In this document: positions 55,386-64,000 of the stretch, one piece after another
Position numbering within the stretch: position 1 is the first letter of the stretch
Layout: every line of letters starts with the position of its first letter
Position numbers and translations under genes: made by a program
The notes under the pieces: model-generated
Database searches by the model: none
Seen by the model: the letters and a program-made list of their open reading frames with translations, nothing else
Told to the model about the DNA's origin: nothing
Origin: Candidatus Omnitrophota bacterium
Lineage (GTDB): Bacteria > Omnitrophota > Gorgyraeia > Gygaellales > Profunditerraquicolaceae
Reading direction: 5' to 3'
NCBI GenBank assembly: GCA_041663665.1
Contig: JBAYMG010000001.1
Coordinates: 193,482 to 257,481 of the forward strand
DNA length: 64,000 nt

Positions 55386-56307
55386 TTATTCTTTGTACTA
55401 AAGAGTGCCGGACTACATCTGAGCCTGAAAAGTAAATGAATTTTATTCCTTCGATTGTTTTAAGTATTTCCTGAGCCTGGAGCAACCCGATAGGTTTGCC
55501 TAGCGGGAGATCGCTTTGGGTCAAGTCTCCGGTAATAACTGCTTTGGAATCAAAACCCAGGCGGGTTAAAAACATTTTCATTTGTTCGGCAGTACAGTTT
55601 TGTGCCTCATCTAAAATGATGAAAGCGTCATTTAAAGTCCTGCCGCGCATATAAGCGAGCGGGGCGACCTCGATTATTCCGGTTTCAATATATTTCTCAA
55701 TACGTTCCGCATCAATCATGTCATAAAGAGCATCATAGAGCGGACGGAGATAAGGTGAAATTTTTGCCTGCATGTCACCGGGAAGAAATCCCAGTGATTC
55801 ACCGGCTTCAATCGCCGGCCGGGTAAGAATAATTCTGCGTACTTCCTGTTTTTTTAATGCCTCGACTGCGCAGGCCATTGCCAGATAAGTTTTTCCGGTT
55901 CCTGCCGGTCCGATACCAAAAACAATATCATGTTTTCTAATTGCTTCGACGTATTGTTTTTGTCCGTCGGTTTTTGGCCCAATTTGTTTCCCGCCAAAAG
56001 TCCGGGTAACATTGTTATCTAAATGCCTGATTTGCTCGGTTTTTGGCCCTTTTTTTAGCTCAGAGATTAAGTAAGTCAAATCTTTTTGTCCGATTTCACG
56101 GTTCCCGGAGCGCCTTGCTTCAAGTAAATATTCAATAAGCTCTCCTGCTTTTTTAATGTTCGCCGCAGTTCCGGTTAATTTTAAGTGTTCACCTCTTAGG
56201 GTAAGCTTGATTTTAAATTCATTTTCGATGGATTTAATATTCGCGTCATAAGAACCGGCAATCCCTTGTGCTTCTTCCTGAGAAAGTAATTGGATTATTT
56301 TATCCAT
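55357..56307 (-). CDS. phoH: PhoH-like ATPase
   Basis: GPAGTGKTYLA Walker A, ILDEAQN Walker B. Confidence 0.9.
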   Translation of the reverse strand: MDKIIQLLSQEEAQGIAGSYDANIKSIENEFKIKLTLRGEHLKLTGTAANIKKAGELIEYLLEARRSGNREIGQKDLTYLISELKKGPKTEQIRHLDNNVTRTFGGKQIGPKTDGQKQYVEAIRKHDIVFGIGPAGTGKTYLAMACAVEALKKQEVRRIILTRPAIEAGESLGFLPGDMQAKISPYLRPLYDALYDMIDAERIEKYIETGIIEVAPLAYMRGRTLNDAFIILDEAQNCTAEQMKMFLTRLGFDSKAVITGDLTQSDLPLGKPIGLLQAQEILKTIEGIKFIYFSGSDVVRHSLVQRIIEAYEKTTQ

Positions 56308-56364
56308 TAACCCAGATCCTTATTTTGTTTTTTTTGCAAAGATTTCTTAGATTTTTATTGAAGC

Positions 56365-56928
56365 TTATTTAAGGTTCTCTTTTGGTTCTTCCAATTTTTC
56401 AGCCTCTACTTTTAATCCGCCTTCGGAAGGAATATTTAAAATTTGTCCGGGATAAAGCTTGTCTGGTCCGCGTAAAGTATCTTTATTTGCCTGGTAAATT
56501 TTGTACCATTTTTTAGTTGTGCCAAAGAATTTTTTGGAAATTTTTTGTAGAGTATCGTTTTTGCTTACTGTATATTTTTCAAAGCTTGTGCTTCCGCTGG
56601 TGCTTTCGATCGGAGCTTCTTCTTGATTTTCGGTTACTACCGGTTCCTCAGCCATGTTTGAATTGGCTGCCAAGGGAGTAGTTGCTGGGCATATAGCTGC
56701 AGATTTTTTGGCTATTCCTAACTCGACCTCAAAAACTCTTGTAGTGCGTGTTTGTGTGCGCTCTTTAGGTTCTGGGGCAGTACCTATAAAGTAGCCGCGG
56801 TTTCCAGATGTTGGAGTTAAGTCTTGATCAACCCGGTCACGGGTTAAATTATAAGTCCTGGCCACACATCCGGATAATGCCAGTGTGGATGTTAATACGA
56901 AAATTCCTGCTAATTTGAATCTGTTCAT
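56365..56928 (-). CDS. LysM-domain lipoprotein
   Basis: Lipobox LSGC; C-terminal YTVSKNDTLQKISKKFFG...GQILNIP LysM. Confidence 0.65.
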   Translation of the reverse strand: MNRFKLAGIFVLTSTLALSGCVARTYNLTRDRVDQDLTPTSGNRGYFIGTAPEPKERTQTRTTRVFEVELGIAKKSAAICPATTPLAANSNMAEEPVVTENQEEAPIESTSGSTSFEKYTVSKNDTLQKISKKFFGTTKKWYKIYQANKDTLRGPDKLYPGQILNIPSEGGLKVEAEKLEEPKENLK

Positions 56929-56929
56929 T

Positions 56930-58321
56930 TTACTTTCCTCCCTGTTTAATGGTTATACCTAATTCTTTTAATTGTTTATTATCAACCTCTGTCGGAGCGC
57001 TAGTTAGTGGGCAAAATGCAGCTGAAGTCTTGGGAAATGTAATTACTTCGCGGATACTTGATTCGTTAGATAGTATTGTCAAAAGCCTGTCTAGCCCGAA
57101 AGCAACTCCTCCGTGCGGAGGTGCGCCAAACTGGAAAGCTTCAAGTAAAAAACCAAAGCGTTTAATTGCCTCTTCTTTTTCAATACCAATAATTTTAAAA
57201 ATTTTCTCCTGGAGCTCTTGGCGGTGGATCCTTATAGAGCCGGACCCTAGTTCCATTCCGTTTAAGACTAAATCATAAGAACGTGACTTGACTTTATCCG
57301 GTTGGTTTTCTAAATTTTCCAAATCTTCTGCTGAAGGCGCAGTAAAAGGATGGTGCTCGCTTTCCCAGCGTTTTTCTTCAGTATTAAACTTGAAAAGTGG
57401 AAAATCCACTACCCAGCAGAAAGCAAAATCGGCTTTTGTTTCCGGCCTTAAGTCAGGTTTATCGCACTTATATTTTTCCATTGATTCTTTATAGCTTATA
57501 CGTTTAAAGGGTATAGGAATGTCAATATTTTTTAATTCCTTAAAAATTAATTGCATTAATCCTTCAGTTAAAACAAAAACATCTTCTTCGTCTATAAAAG
57601 ACATTTCTATATCTAATTGAGTAAATTCCGGCTGACGATCAGCTCTTAGGTCTTCGTCGCGGAAACATTTGGCGATCTGGTAATATTTTTCAGTTCCGGC
57701 AACCATTAGGATTTGCTTAAATAATTGCGGTGATTGCGGCAAAGCAAAAAAATGCCCGGGATTTACCCGCGAAGGAACTAAATAATCTCGCGCTCCTTCC
57801 GGGGTTGATTTAGTTAAGATTGGAGTTTCGCATTCTATAAATTCCTTGGCGCCTAAATAATTACGAATGATTTTGTAAAGATTACTGCGTAGAAGCAGGT
57901 TATTAAAAACCTTGGTCCTTCTTAAATCAAGATAGCGGTATTTAAGCCGTATTTCTTCGGTTATATCAATATCGTCTTGGATTTCAAACGGAGGCGTATT
58001 GCTGGGATTTAGAATTTCAAGTTCCTTAGCTAAGATTTCTATTTCGCCGGTACCTAGTTTTTGATTAATTGTATTTCCGGGGCGCTTATTTACCATCCCG
58101 TTCAATTTAATTACGAATTCACTGCGCAATTGCTGGGCTAATTCATAAGCACTCCCAGATTCTTTAGGGATAAAAACAACTTGGGTTAAACCGGTGCGGT
58201 CACGAATATCGATAAAGACTAATTTGCCATGGTCGCGCCTTTTAGCAACCCAACCACAAAGTGTAACTACTTTTCCTGCATCGGCGGCACAAAGCTGGCC
58301 GCAGGTATGTGTCCTTAGCAT
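56930..58321 (-). CDS. aspS: aspartate--tRNA ligase, bacterial type but lacking the GAD insertion domain
   Basis: LRTHTCGQL start; motif 2 FRDEDLRADRQPEFTQLD; DKPDLR is followed after ~10 aa by WVVDFPLF...HHPFT, whereas E. coli AspRS has ~130 aa of GAD between these; 463 aa. Confidence 0.85.
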   Translation of the reverse strand: MLRTHTCGQLCAADAGKVVTLCGWVAKRRDHGKLVFIDIRDRTGLTQVVFIPKESGSAYELAQQLRSEFVIKLNGMVNKRPGNTINQKLGTGEIEILAKELEILNPSNTPPFEIQDDIDITEEIRLKYRYLDLRRTKVFNNLLLRSNLYKIIRNYLGAKEFIECETPILTKSTPEGARDYLVPSRVNPGHFFALPQSPQLFKQILMVAGTEKYYQIAKCFRDEDLRADRQPEFTQLDIEMSFIDEEDVFVLTEGLMQLIFKELKNIDIPIPFKRISYKESMEKYKCDKPDLRPETKADFAFCWVVDFPLFKFNTEEKRWESEHHPFTAPSAEDLENLENQPDKVKSRSYDLVLNGMELGSGSIRIHRQELQEKIFKIIGIEKEEAIKRFGFLLEAFQFGAPPHGGVAFGLDRLLTILSNESSIREVITFPKTSAAFCPLTSAPTEVDNKQLKELGITIKQGGK

Positions 58322-59553
58322 TTTAATTCCTCAATTAAATTTTGGATAGGTACTTCTTTTTGCGTGCTTTTTGACATGTCTTTGACTGAAATAATATTCT
58401 TTTTTAGCTCATCGTCACCCAGAATTAAAACTAGGCTTGCTTTAGCGTCATTAGCTGAGCGCATAGCCGCTTTTAGTGATCTGTTTAAGTAATCTGTATC
58501 TGCCGGAATTTCCGCATTTCTTAGCTGATTTAATATTTTTAATCCGGCGGATTTGGCAGTTTCCCCCAGAGTGATAAGATAGACTAGTTTTTTATCCGGA
58601 TTTTGAATTAGGTTAGTTTTAGCTAAAAGAAGGCGTTCTACGCCAAAAGCAAAGCCTACCCCTTCTAGTTCCGGGCCGCCTAAATCTTTTACTAAATTGT
58701 TGTATCTTCCTCCTGCGCCAATAGCGTCCTGGCTGCCTAAATCCGGATGGCTGATTTCAAATACAGTACGGTTATAGTAATCCAGGCCGCGCACAAGATG
58801 TGGAGCAATTTCAAATTTAATATTTAAATTATTTAATCCATCTTTAACCTGGCTAAAATGTTGAAGGCAATCCGGGCAAAGATGGCTTTCTTGCGGGCAA
58901 AATTGTTTGACTATTTTTTGACAGTTATCGTTCTTACAATCTAACACCCGTAAGACATTAGTTTTAATCCGCTCCTGACAATCGCAGCACAGTTCTTCTG
59001 ATTTTTTTTGGAGTTCTTCTTTTAGATTAAGACTTAATGCTTGCTTATCTTTTAAGCAGCCTAAGCTGTTAATTTTTATTTTATAATTGGTAATTCCGAA
59101 AGCCTTAAGTAATTGTTCAGCTAGGCTGATTATTTCTACATCTAAAGCAGCACTTGAGGAGCCAATTGCTTCGCAGCCGATATGATGAAACTGGCGCAGT
59201 CTTCCTTTTTGTGGGCGTTCAAGCCTGAACATCGGGCCGATATAATATAATTTTACGAAACCAACTTCTTTGTCTAAATTATTTTCTAGATAACTGCGTA
59301 CAATCGAAGCAGTACCTTCCGGCCGTAAGGCGTAAGTGTCATCTTGATTGTGAATAAGGAACATTTGCTTTTGTACGATTTCAGTGGTTGAGCCTAAGGT
59401 ACGGTTAAAAAGTGCTGCGTCTTCAATTATGGGAGTGCGGATTTCCTGATAGTTGTAAAGTGAGAAAATTTTACGTGCTCTTGCTTCAACTGTCTGCCAT
59501 GAAGAAGCCTCCTCAGGCAGAATGTCTTTGGTACCCGGGACTCGTTTAAACAT
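58315..59553 (-). CDS. hisS: histidine--tRNA ligase
   Basis: RVPGTKDILPEE...LRPEGTASIVR class II HisRS motifs. Confidence 0.9.
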   Translation of the reverse strand: MFKRVPGTKDILPEEASSWQTVEARARKIFSLYNYQEIRTPIIEDAALFNRTLGSTTEIVQKQMFLIHNQDDTYALRPEGTASIVRSYLENNLDKEVGFVKLYYIGPMFRLERPQKGRLRQFHHIGCEAIGSSSAALDVEIISLAEQLLKAFGITNYKIKINSLGCLKDKQALSLNLKEELQKKSEELCCDCQERIKTNVLRVLDCKNDNCQKIVKQFCPQESHLCPDCLQHFSQVKDGLNNLNIKFEIAPHLVRGLDYYNRTVFEISHPDLGSQDAIGAGGRYNNLVKDLGGPELEGVGFAFGVERLLLAKTNLIQNPDKKLVYLITLGETAKSAGLKILNQLRNAEIPADTDYLNRSLKAAMRSANDAKASLVLILGDDELKKNIISVKDMSKSTQKEVPIQNLIEELKC

Positions 59554-59556
59554 AGC

Positions 59557-59829
59557 TTACTTGATTTTTTGTTTCATTTCCAGGCCAGCTTTGAAGATAA
59601 CTACTTTTCTGGGCGGGACAGGAATTACCTGATTGGTGCGCGGATTTCTGCCTGTGCGGCTTCTTCTTTGCTTTACTTTAAATACGCCAAAATTACGTAA
59701 TTCTATTTTTTCGCCTCTAACTAAGGCGTCAACAATGCAATCAAAGGTTTTTTGAACAACTTCTTTAACGTCAATCTGTTTTAAGTTGGTTGCGTCAGAT
59801 ACTTTTAAGACAATATCTTTTTTTGTCAT
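59557..59829 (-). CDS. hup: HU/IHF family DNA-binding protein
   Basis: 90 aa; RNFGVFKVKQRRSRTGRNPRTNQVIPV arm motif. Confidence 0.85.
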   Translation of the reverse strand: MTKKDIVLKVSDATNLKQIDVKEVVQKTFDCIVDALVRGEKIELRNFGVFKVKQRRSRTGRNPRTNQVIPVPPRKVVIFKAGLEMKQKIK

Positions 59830-59943
59830 ACCAGTGCCTCCCTATATGTGACCTTGTTACTTGCTAACTATAATAACAGCAAAAAGTTACAGTGTCAAGA
59901 AATATTGAGCATAAAAAGCTTTTATCCGGTAAAATGCCAGGAG

Positions 59944-62900
59944 TTATATTACCAGCGATAATCTTTCTTCCCCTAATAATTCATCTAAATCAGCGATAAG
60001 TTTCTCGTTCGGCCGGACATAAAGGTTTTCGCCTACGAGCAGCTGAACTCGGGATCTTGATGGTGTATCGAGGCGTAAATATACGGGAATACTTCCGCGG
60101 TACTCTTCGAGCATTATTTTTAAGGATTCAAAGATATTTTCTTTTATACCGGATAAATTAATGCTCATAGCGGTAATTAATTTATAAATATCTTCAAAAG
60201 GAAAAAGGTCCTCAACAATTATTTTCGGAGTTTCCTCCTTTAGGTCTAGAATGCCGCGAATATGTACTATACTGTTTGGCTGGATATAGCTGCCAATTTT
60301 TGCGAAAGCACGAGGAAAAACTAGTACTTCAACTGATCCGTCTAGATCCTCTAATTTTAATATTGCCATTTTTTCTTGCTTGGCGCGTGTAACTGTGTGT
60401 TTAATCTTAACAATCAGCCCGACTATTTTAATTTGATCCTGGTCTTTATGCTCATGCAGGCTAGACATCGAGCAGGAGACAAAGCGTTTGAGTTGTTTAG
60501 CGTAGCGGGCTAAAGGATGTCCGGAGACATAAAAACCCAGCATATCTTTCTCAAAAGCAAGCAATTGCGGTTCAGGCCACTCTTTAATTTCAGGTGAATT
60601 GTTGGTAGTTTCTCCAAACCCGTTATCGTTATTTAGGATCTGATCAAAGAAAGAAAGCTGTCCGCTTGATTTTTCTCTTCTGGTTCTTTGGGCACCCTCT
60701 AATACCGTATCCAGGCTGGCAAACATTTGGGCTCGGGCCTTGCCAAAATAATCTAAAGCTCCGCATTTAATTAAACTTTCTAAAACTTTTCGATTAGCCA
60801 GCCTTAAATCTATACGGCTGCAGAGGTCATCTAATGATTTAAATTTTGAATCTTTTTTTTCGTTAGCAATAGATTCAGCTGCCCCCTGGCCGACATTCTT
60901 TATCGCTAAAAGTCCGAAACGAATGGTTGAGGTGTCTGCTACTTTAAAGAGCGGTTCGCTTTCGTTTATGTCCGGCGGTTGTACTTTTAAACCCATTCGC
61001 TCTGCTTCATTAACGTATTCGACAATTTTATCAGTATTATCACGCTCGGAAGTAAGTAGGGCAGTCATAAATTCCACAGGATAGTTTGCTTTTAAGTAAG
61101 CAGTGCGGTAGGAAATTAAGGCGTAGGCAGTTGAATGTGATTTATTAAAACCATAGCCTGAGAAATATTCAATTAAATCAAATATTTTGCTGGCAGTGCT
61201 CTCTTTAATTCCATTTTTAATGCTACCATTGATAAAATTAGTCCGCTCTCTTTCCATTACTTCGGGAATTTTTTTACCCATGGCTTTACGTAAAATATCT
61301 GCCTGGGCTAGTGAAAATCCCGCCAAGGCGGATGCAATTTGCATAATTTGTTCCTGATAAACCATGATACCGTACGTTTCTTTAAGTATAGGTTCCAGCT
61401 TAGGGTGTTCATATTTTATCGGGATAATTCCGTGTTTACGTTTCATAAAATCATCCAACATTCCTGAACCAATTGGCCCCGGTCGGTACAACGCCAATAG
61501 TGCGATCAGGTCTTCGAAGCGCTCAGGAATAAGTTTTTTAAGCAAATCGCGCATTCCTGAGCTTTCAACCTGGAATATTCCGATAGTGTGGCTTGAAGCA
61601 AGCAACTTGTAAGTATTTTGATCATCTAAGGATATTTTTTCAAAGTTAACTTCAATACCTTGAGTTTGTTTAATTAATTTTAAAGTTTCGCTGATTACGG
61701 TTAACGTTCTTAAGCCCAGGAAATCAACTTTGAGTAAGCCGATTTTTTCAAGTGTTCCCATGCTGTAGCCGGTTGTGATTTGATTGTCAGTAGTTCTAAA
61801 CAGCGGCATATAATTGTTTAAAGGTTTATCCGTAATAATTACTCCGGCGGCATGGACTGAAGCATGCCGGTTTAATCCTTCTAAGGATAAGGCAATGTTA
61901 ATCAGTTTAGTTATCTGTGGGTCATTTTTGTAAAGATTATTCAGTTCGGTTTCGCTTTCCAGGGCTTTTTTAAGAGTCATGTCCAAATCAGCAGGAATCA
62001 TTTTAGCGATTCGATCAACTTCTGAATAGGGCACTCCCATAACTCTGCCGACATCCCTGACTACCCCCCTGGCCTGCATTGTTCCAAAAGTAATAATTTG
62101 AGCGACATTATCCTTCCCGTATTTTTTAGTTACGTAATCAATTACTTCCTGCCGGCGTTCATAGCAGAAATCAATATCAATATCCGGTAAGCCCATGCGT
62201 TCAGGATTTAAAAATCTTTCAAAAATAAGCCCATACTTTAGCGGATTTAAATCAGTGATCCCTAAAAGATAACTGACTAAACTTCCTGCGGCTGATCCTC
62301 TGCCCGGGCCAACGGGAATATCCTGGCTTTTAGCATGAGAAATGAAATCCCAGACAATCAGAAAGTAACTGACAAAGCCCATATCTTTTATAATTTTTAA
62401 TTCATGGTTAAGGCGTTTTTGTATCTCTGGGGTACTCTCGAGTTCATTTTTAACTAATCCTTTTTTGCAAAGCCCGAGTAAAAATTCTTCTTTTTCTATT
62501 CCTTCCGGAGGAGTGTATTTCGGCAGGTGCATTTTGGTAAAATCTAATTCCAGGTTACATCTTTGAGCGATTTCTAAGGTGTTTTTTATTGCCTCAGGGT
62601 AACTTGAAAATATTTTTTTCATTTCATCCGGAGAACGGAAATAAAATTCTTCCGTTTGAAAGCGCATATGTTTTGGGTCATCCAGAGTAGTCTGGGTTTG
62701 GATGCAGAGCAATGCTTCATGCGCAGCGGCCCGCTCTTTAGTCGGATAATGCACGTCATTAGTAGCAACTAAAGGGATGTTAAGTTCTTTCGAAATTTTA
62801 ACCATGCCTTCGTTAACAATTTTTTGTTCCGGAATAGAGTTAGCTTGAATTTCCAAGAAAAAATTATTTTTTCCCAGAATATTTTGATAGTTATCAGCAG

Positions 62901-63381
62901 CTTTTAAAGCGTCGTTAAAACGTTTCTGCAATAGGAGCCAGGCAACTTCTCCTTTGAGGCAGGCGGATGATCCGATTAATCCTTTAGCATGCTGCGCCAG
63001 GACTTCTTTGTCGATTCTGGGGCGATAATAAAATCCTTCGAGATACCCAATGGAAACTAACTTCATTAAGTTGTTATATCCGTCTTCATCACGAGCTAAG
63101 AGTATCAAATGGTTGGCGGCGTCTTCGATTCCCCCATTACCTTTATTAAACCTGCTTTGCGGTGCGATATAAACTTCGCATCCGATAATTGGCTTGATTC
63201 CTGCTTTGCGTGCTTCAAGGTAGAATTCAACTGCTCCAAACATGTTACCATGGTCAGTAATTGCCAGTGAACCCATCTTAAAATTTTTAGCAATAGAAAG
63301 TATTTCGGGTATACGACAGGCTCCGTCAAGAAGACTGTATTGGGTATGTAGGTGCAGGTGGATAAAATCAGAACCAGGCAT
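59944..63381 (-). CDS. dnaE: DNA polymerase III alpha subunit
   Basis: 1145 aa; N-terminal PHP (FIHLHLHTQYSLLDG), palm and OB domains. Confidence 0.95.
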   Translation of the reverse strand: MPGSDFIHLHLHTQYSLLDGACRIPEILSIAKNFKMGSLAITDHGNMFGAVEFYLEARKAGIKPIIGCEVYIAPQSRFNKGNGGIEDAANHLILLARDEDGYNNLMKLVSIGYLEGFYYRPRIDKEVLAQHAKGLIGSSACLKGEVAWLLLQKRFNDALKAADNYQNILGKNNFFLEIQANSIPEQKIVNEGMVKISKELNIPLVATNDVHYPTKERAAAHEALLCIQTQTTLDDPKHMRFQTEEFYFRSPDEMKKIFSSYPEAIKNTLEIAQRCNLELDFTKMHLPKYTPPEGIEKEEFLLGLCKKGLVKNELESTPEIQKRLNHELKIIKDMGFVSYFLIVWDFISHAKSQDIPVGPGRGSAAGSLVSYLLGITDLNPLKYGLIFERFLNPERMGLPDIDIDFCYERRQEVIDYVTKKYGKDNVAQIITFGTMQARGVVRDVGRVMGVPYSEVDRIAKMIPADLDMTLKKALESETELNNLYKNDPQITKLINIALSLEGLNRHASVHAAGVIITDKPLNNYMPLFRTTDNQITTGYSMGTLEKIGLLKVDFLGLRTLTVISETLKLIKQTQGIEVNFEKISLDDQNTYKLLASSHTIGIFQVESSGMRDLLKKLIPERFEDLIALLALYRPGPIGSGMLDDFMKRKHGIIPIKYEHPKLEPILKETYGIMVYQEQIMQIASALAGFSLAQADILRKAMGKKIPEVMERERTNFINGSIKNGIKESTASKIFDLIEYFSGYGFNKSHSTAYALISYRTAYLKANYPVEFMTALLTSERDNTDKIVEYVNEAERMGLKVQPPDINESEPLFKVADTSTIRFGLLAIKNVGQGAAESIANEKKDSKFKSLDDLCSRIDLRLANRKVLESLIKCGALDYFGKARAQMFASLDTVLEGAQRTRREKSSGQLSFFDQILNNDNGFGETTNNSPEIKEWPEPQLLAFEKDMLGFYVSGHPLARYAKQLKRFVSCSMSSLHEHKDQDQIKIVGLIVKIKHTVTRAKQEKMAILKLEDLDGSVEVLVFPRAFAKIGSYIQPNSIVHIRGILDLKEETPKIIVEDLFPFEDIYKLITAMSINLSGIKENIFESLKIMLEEYRGSIPVYLRLDTPSRSRVQLLVGENLYVRPNEKLIADLDELLGEERLSLVI

Positions 63382-63410
63382 GAAGAAAAGCTTAAAGTTA
63401 TAGAGCTATT

Positions 63411-64000
63411 TTATTCCCACTCGATTGTTGCCGGAGGTTTAGAGCTTATATCGTAAACAACTCGATTGATCCCGCGTACTTCATTGATAATGCGGTTAGA
63501 TATTTTTTCTAAAACTTCATAGGGTAATTTTACCCAATCAGCGGTCATTCCGTCAAAGCTGGATACGCAGCGAAGTGCGGCAACGTTTTCATAGGTACGC
63601 TCGTCTCCCATAATTCCAACGCTTTTAATGGGAAGCAATATTGCAAATGATTGCCAAACCTGATCATATAAACCGGCTTTTGAAATTTCTTCAATAACAC
63701 GTTTGTCAGCTTCGCGTAAAAGATCAAGCCTCTCTTTAGTTACCTCGCCGATAATTCTGACTGCTAGCCCTGGGCCAGGAAATGGCTGGCGTTGTACGAT
63801 ATTATCAGGCAGCCCAAGTTGCCTGCCCATTTGGCGGGCTTCATCTTTAAATATTTCTCTTAACGGCTCAATAAGCTTGAGTTTCATCTGAGCCGGTAAT
63901 CCTCCGACATTGTGATGGCTTTTGATTTTTCTGCTTGGGCCTCCGGTTGGCGATACCGATTCAATTACATCCGGGTAAAGTGTTCCTTGGCCTAAAAATT
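63411..64000 (-). CDS. guaA: GMP synthase, C-terminal part (gene continues beyond the window end)
   Basis: Frame stays open to position 64000, giving ...HHNVGGLP..., then [23 protein letters not shown]...[11 protein letters not shown], the GMP synthase C-terminal dimerisation domain. Confidence 0.85.
   Translation of the reverse strand, partial: FLGQGTLYPDVIESVSPTGGPSRKIKSHHNVGGLPAQMKLKLIEPLREIFKDEARQMGRQLGLPDNIVQRQPFPGPGLAVRIIGEVTKERLDLLREADKRVIEEISKAGLYDQVWQSFAILLPIKSVGIMGDERTYENVAALRCVSSFDGMTADWVKLPYEVLEKISNRIINEVRGINRVVYDISSKPPATIEWE

Noticed and set aside
1-64000. CRISPR arrays, IS elements, integrases, prophage genes
   Set aside because: No direct-repeat/spacer periodicity, transposase, tyrosine or serine recombinase, or phage structural genes were recognisable anywhere in the window.

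Overview
This is a 64-kb chromosomal segment of a low-GC (roughly 35-40%) bacterium. The gene content points to an anaerobe, probably an uncultivated lineage: rubrerythrin, desulforedoxin, iron-sulfur flavoprotein, pyruvate-phosphate dikinase, a GH57 glycogen enzyme and many ferredoxin-domain proteins. About 85 tightly packed genes; no prophage, integrase, transposase or CRISPR is visible.

The most striking feature is architectural. Every gene from 1 to 32.65 kb is on the + strand and every gene from 32.94 to 64 kb is on the - strand. The 290-bp convergence gap contains a 28-bp dif-like site. It matches the Bacillus subtilis dif at 24 of 28 positions, and its XerD arm is near-identical to the E. 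coli dif. A 14-bp perfect inverted repeat, GTAAGTTTAAGTAA, flanks it, and a family of GGTAAGTTT-like motifs points toward dif from both sides. The window is therefore very probably centred on the replication terminus.

Other candidates for undescribed biology:
- A ParA/MinD ATPase fused to an AMPK-beta-type glycogen-binding module (CBM48), in an operon with a GH57 enzyme. This may be a glycogen-granule positioning system.
- A lexA-MEDS domain-hypothetical-dinB SOS cassette with a palindromic operator.
- A soluble PRC-barrel/MgtE-N/CBS protein translationally coupled to an NRAMP transporter.
- An envelope lipoprotein cluster (LpoB-like, YcfL-like, and a CsgG-like domain fused to an S1 protease).
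- Four single-domain PilZ proteins.
- A histone-H1-like lysine-rich tail fused to an EF-Tu domain-2-like barrel.
- A bacterial-type AspRS that lacks the GAD insertion.

Housekeeping content on the right arm includes dnaE, hisS, aspS, hup, phoH-ybeY, recO, panE, apbE, panB, glyQS, ppdK, a sigma-70 factor, apt and tRNA-Arg(CCT).
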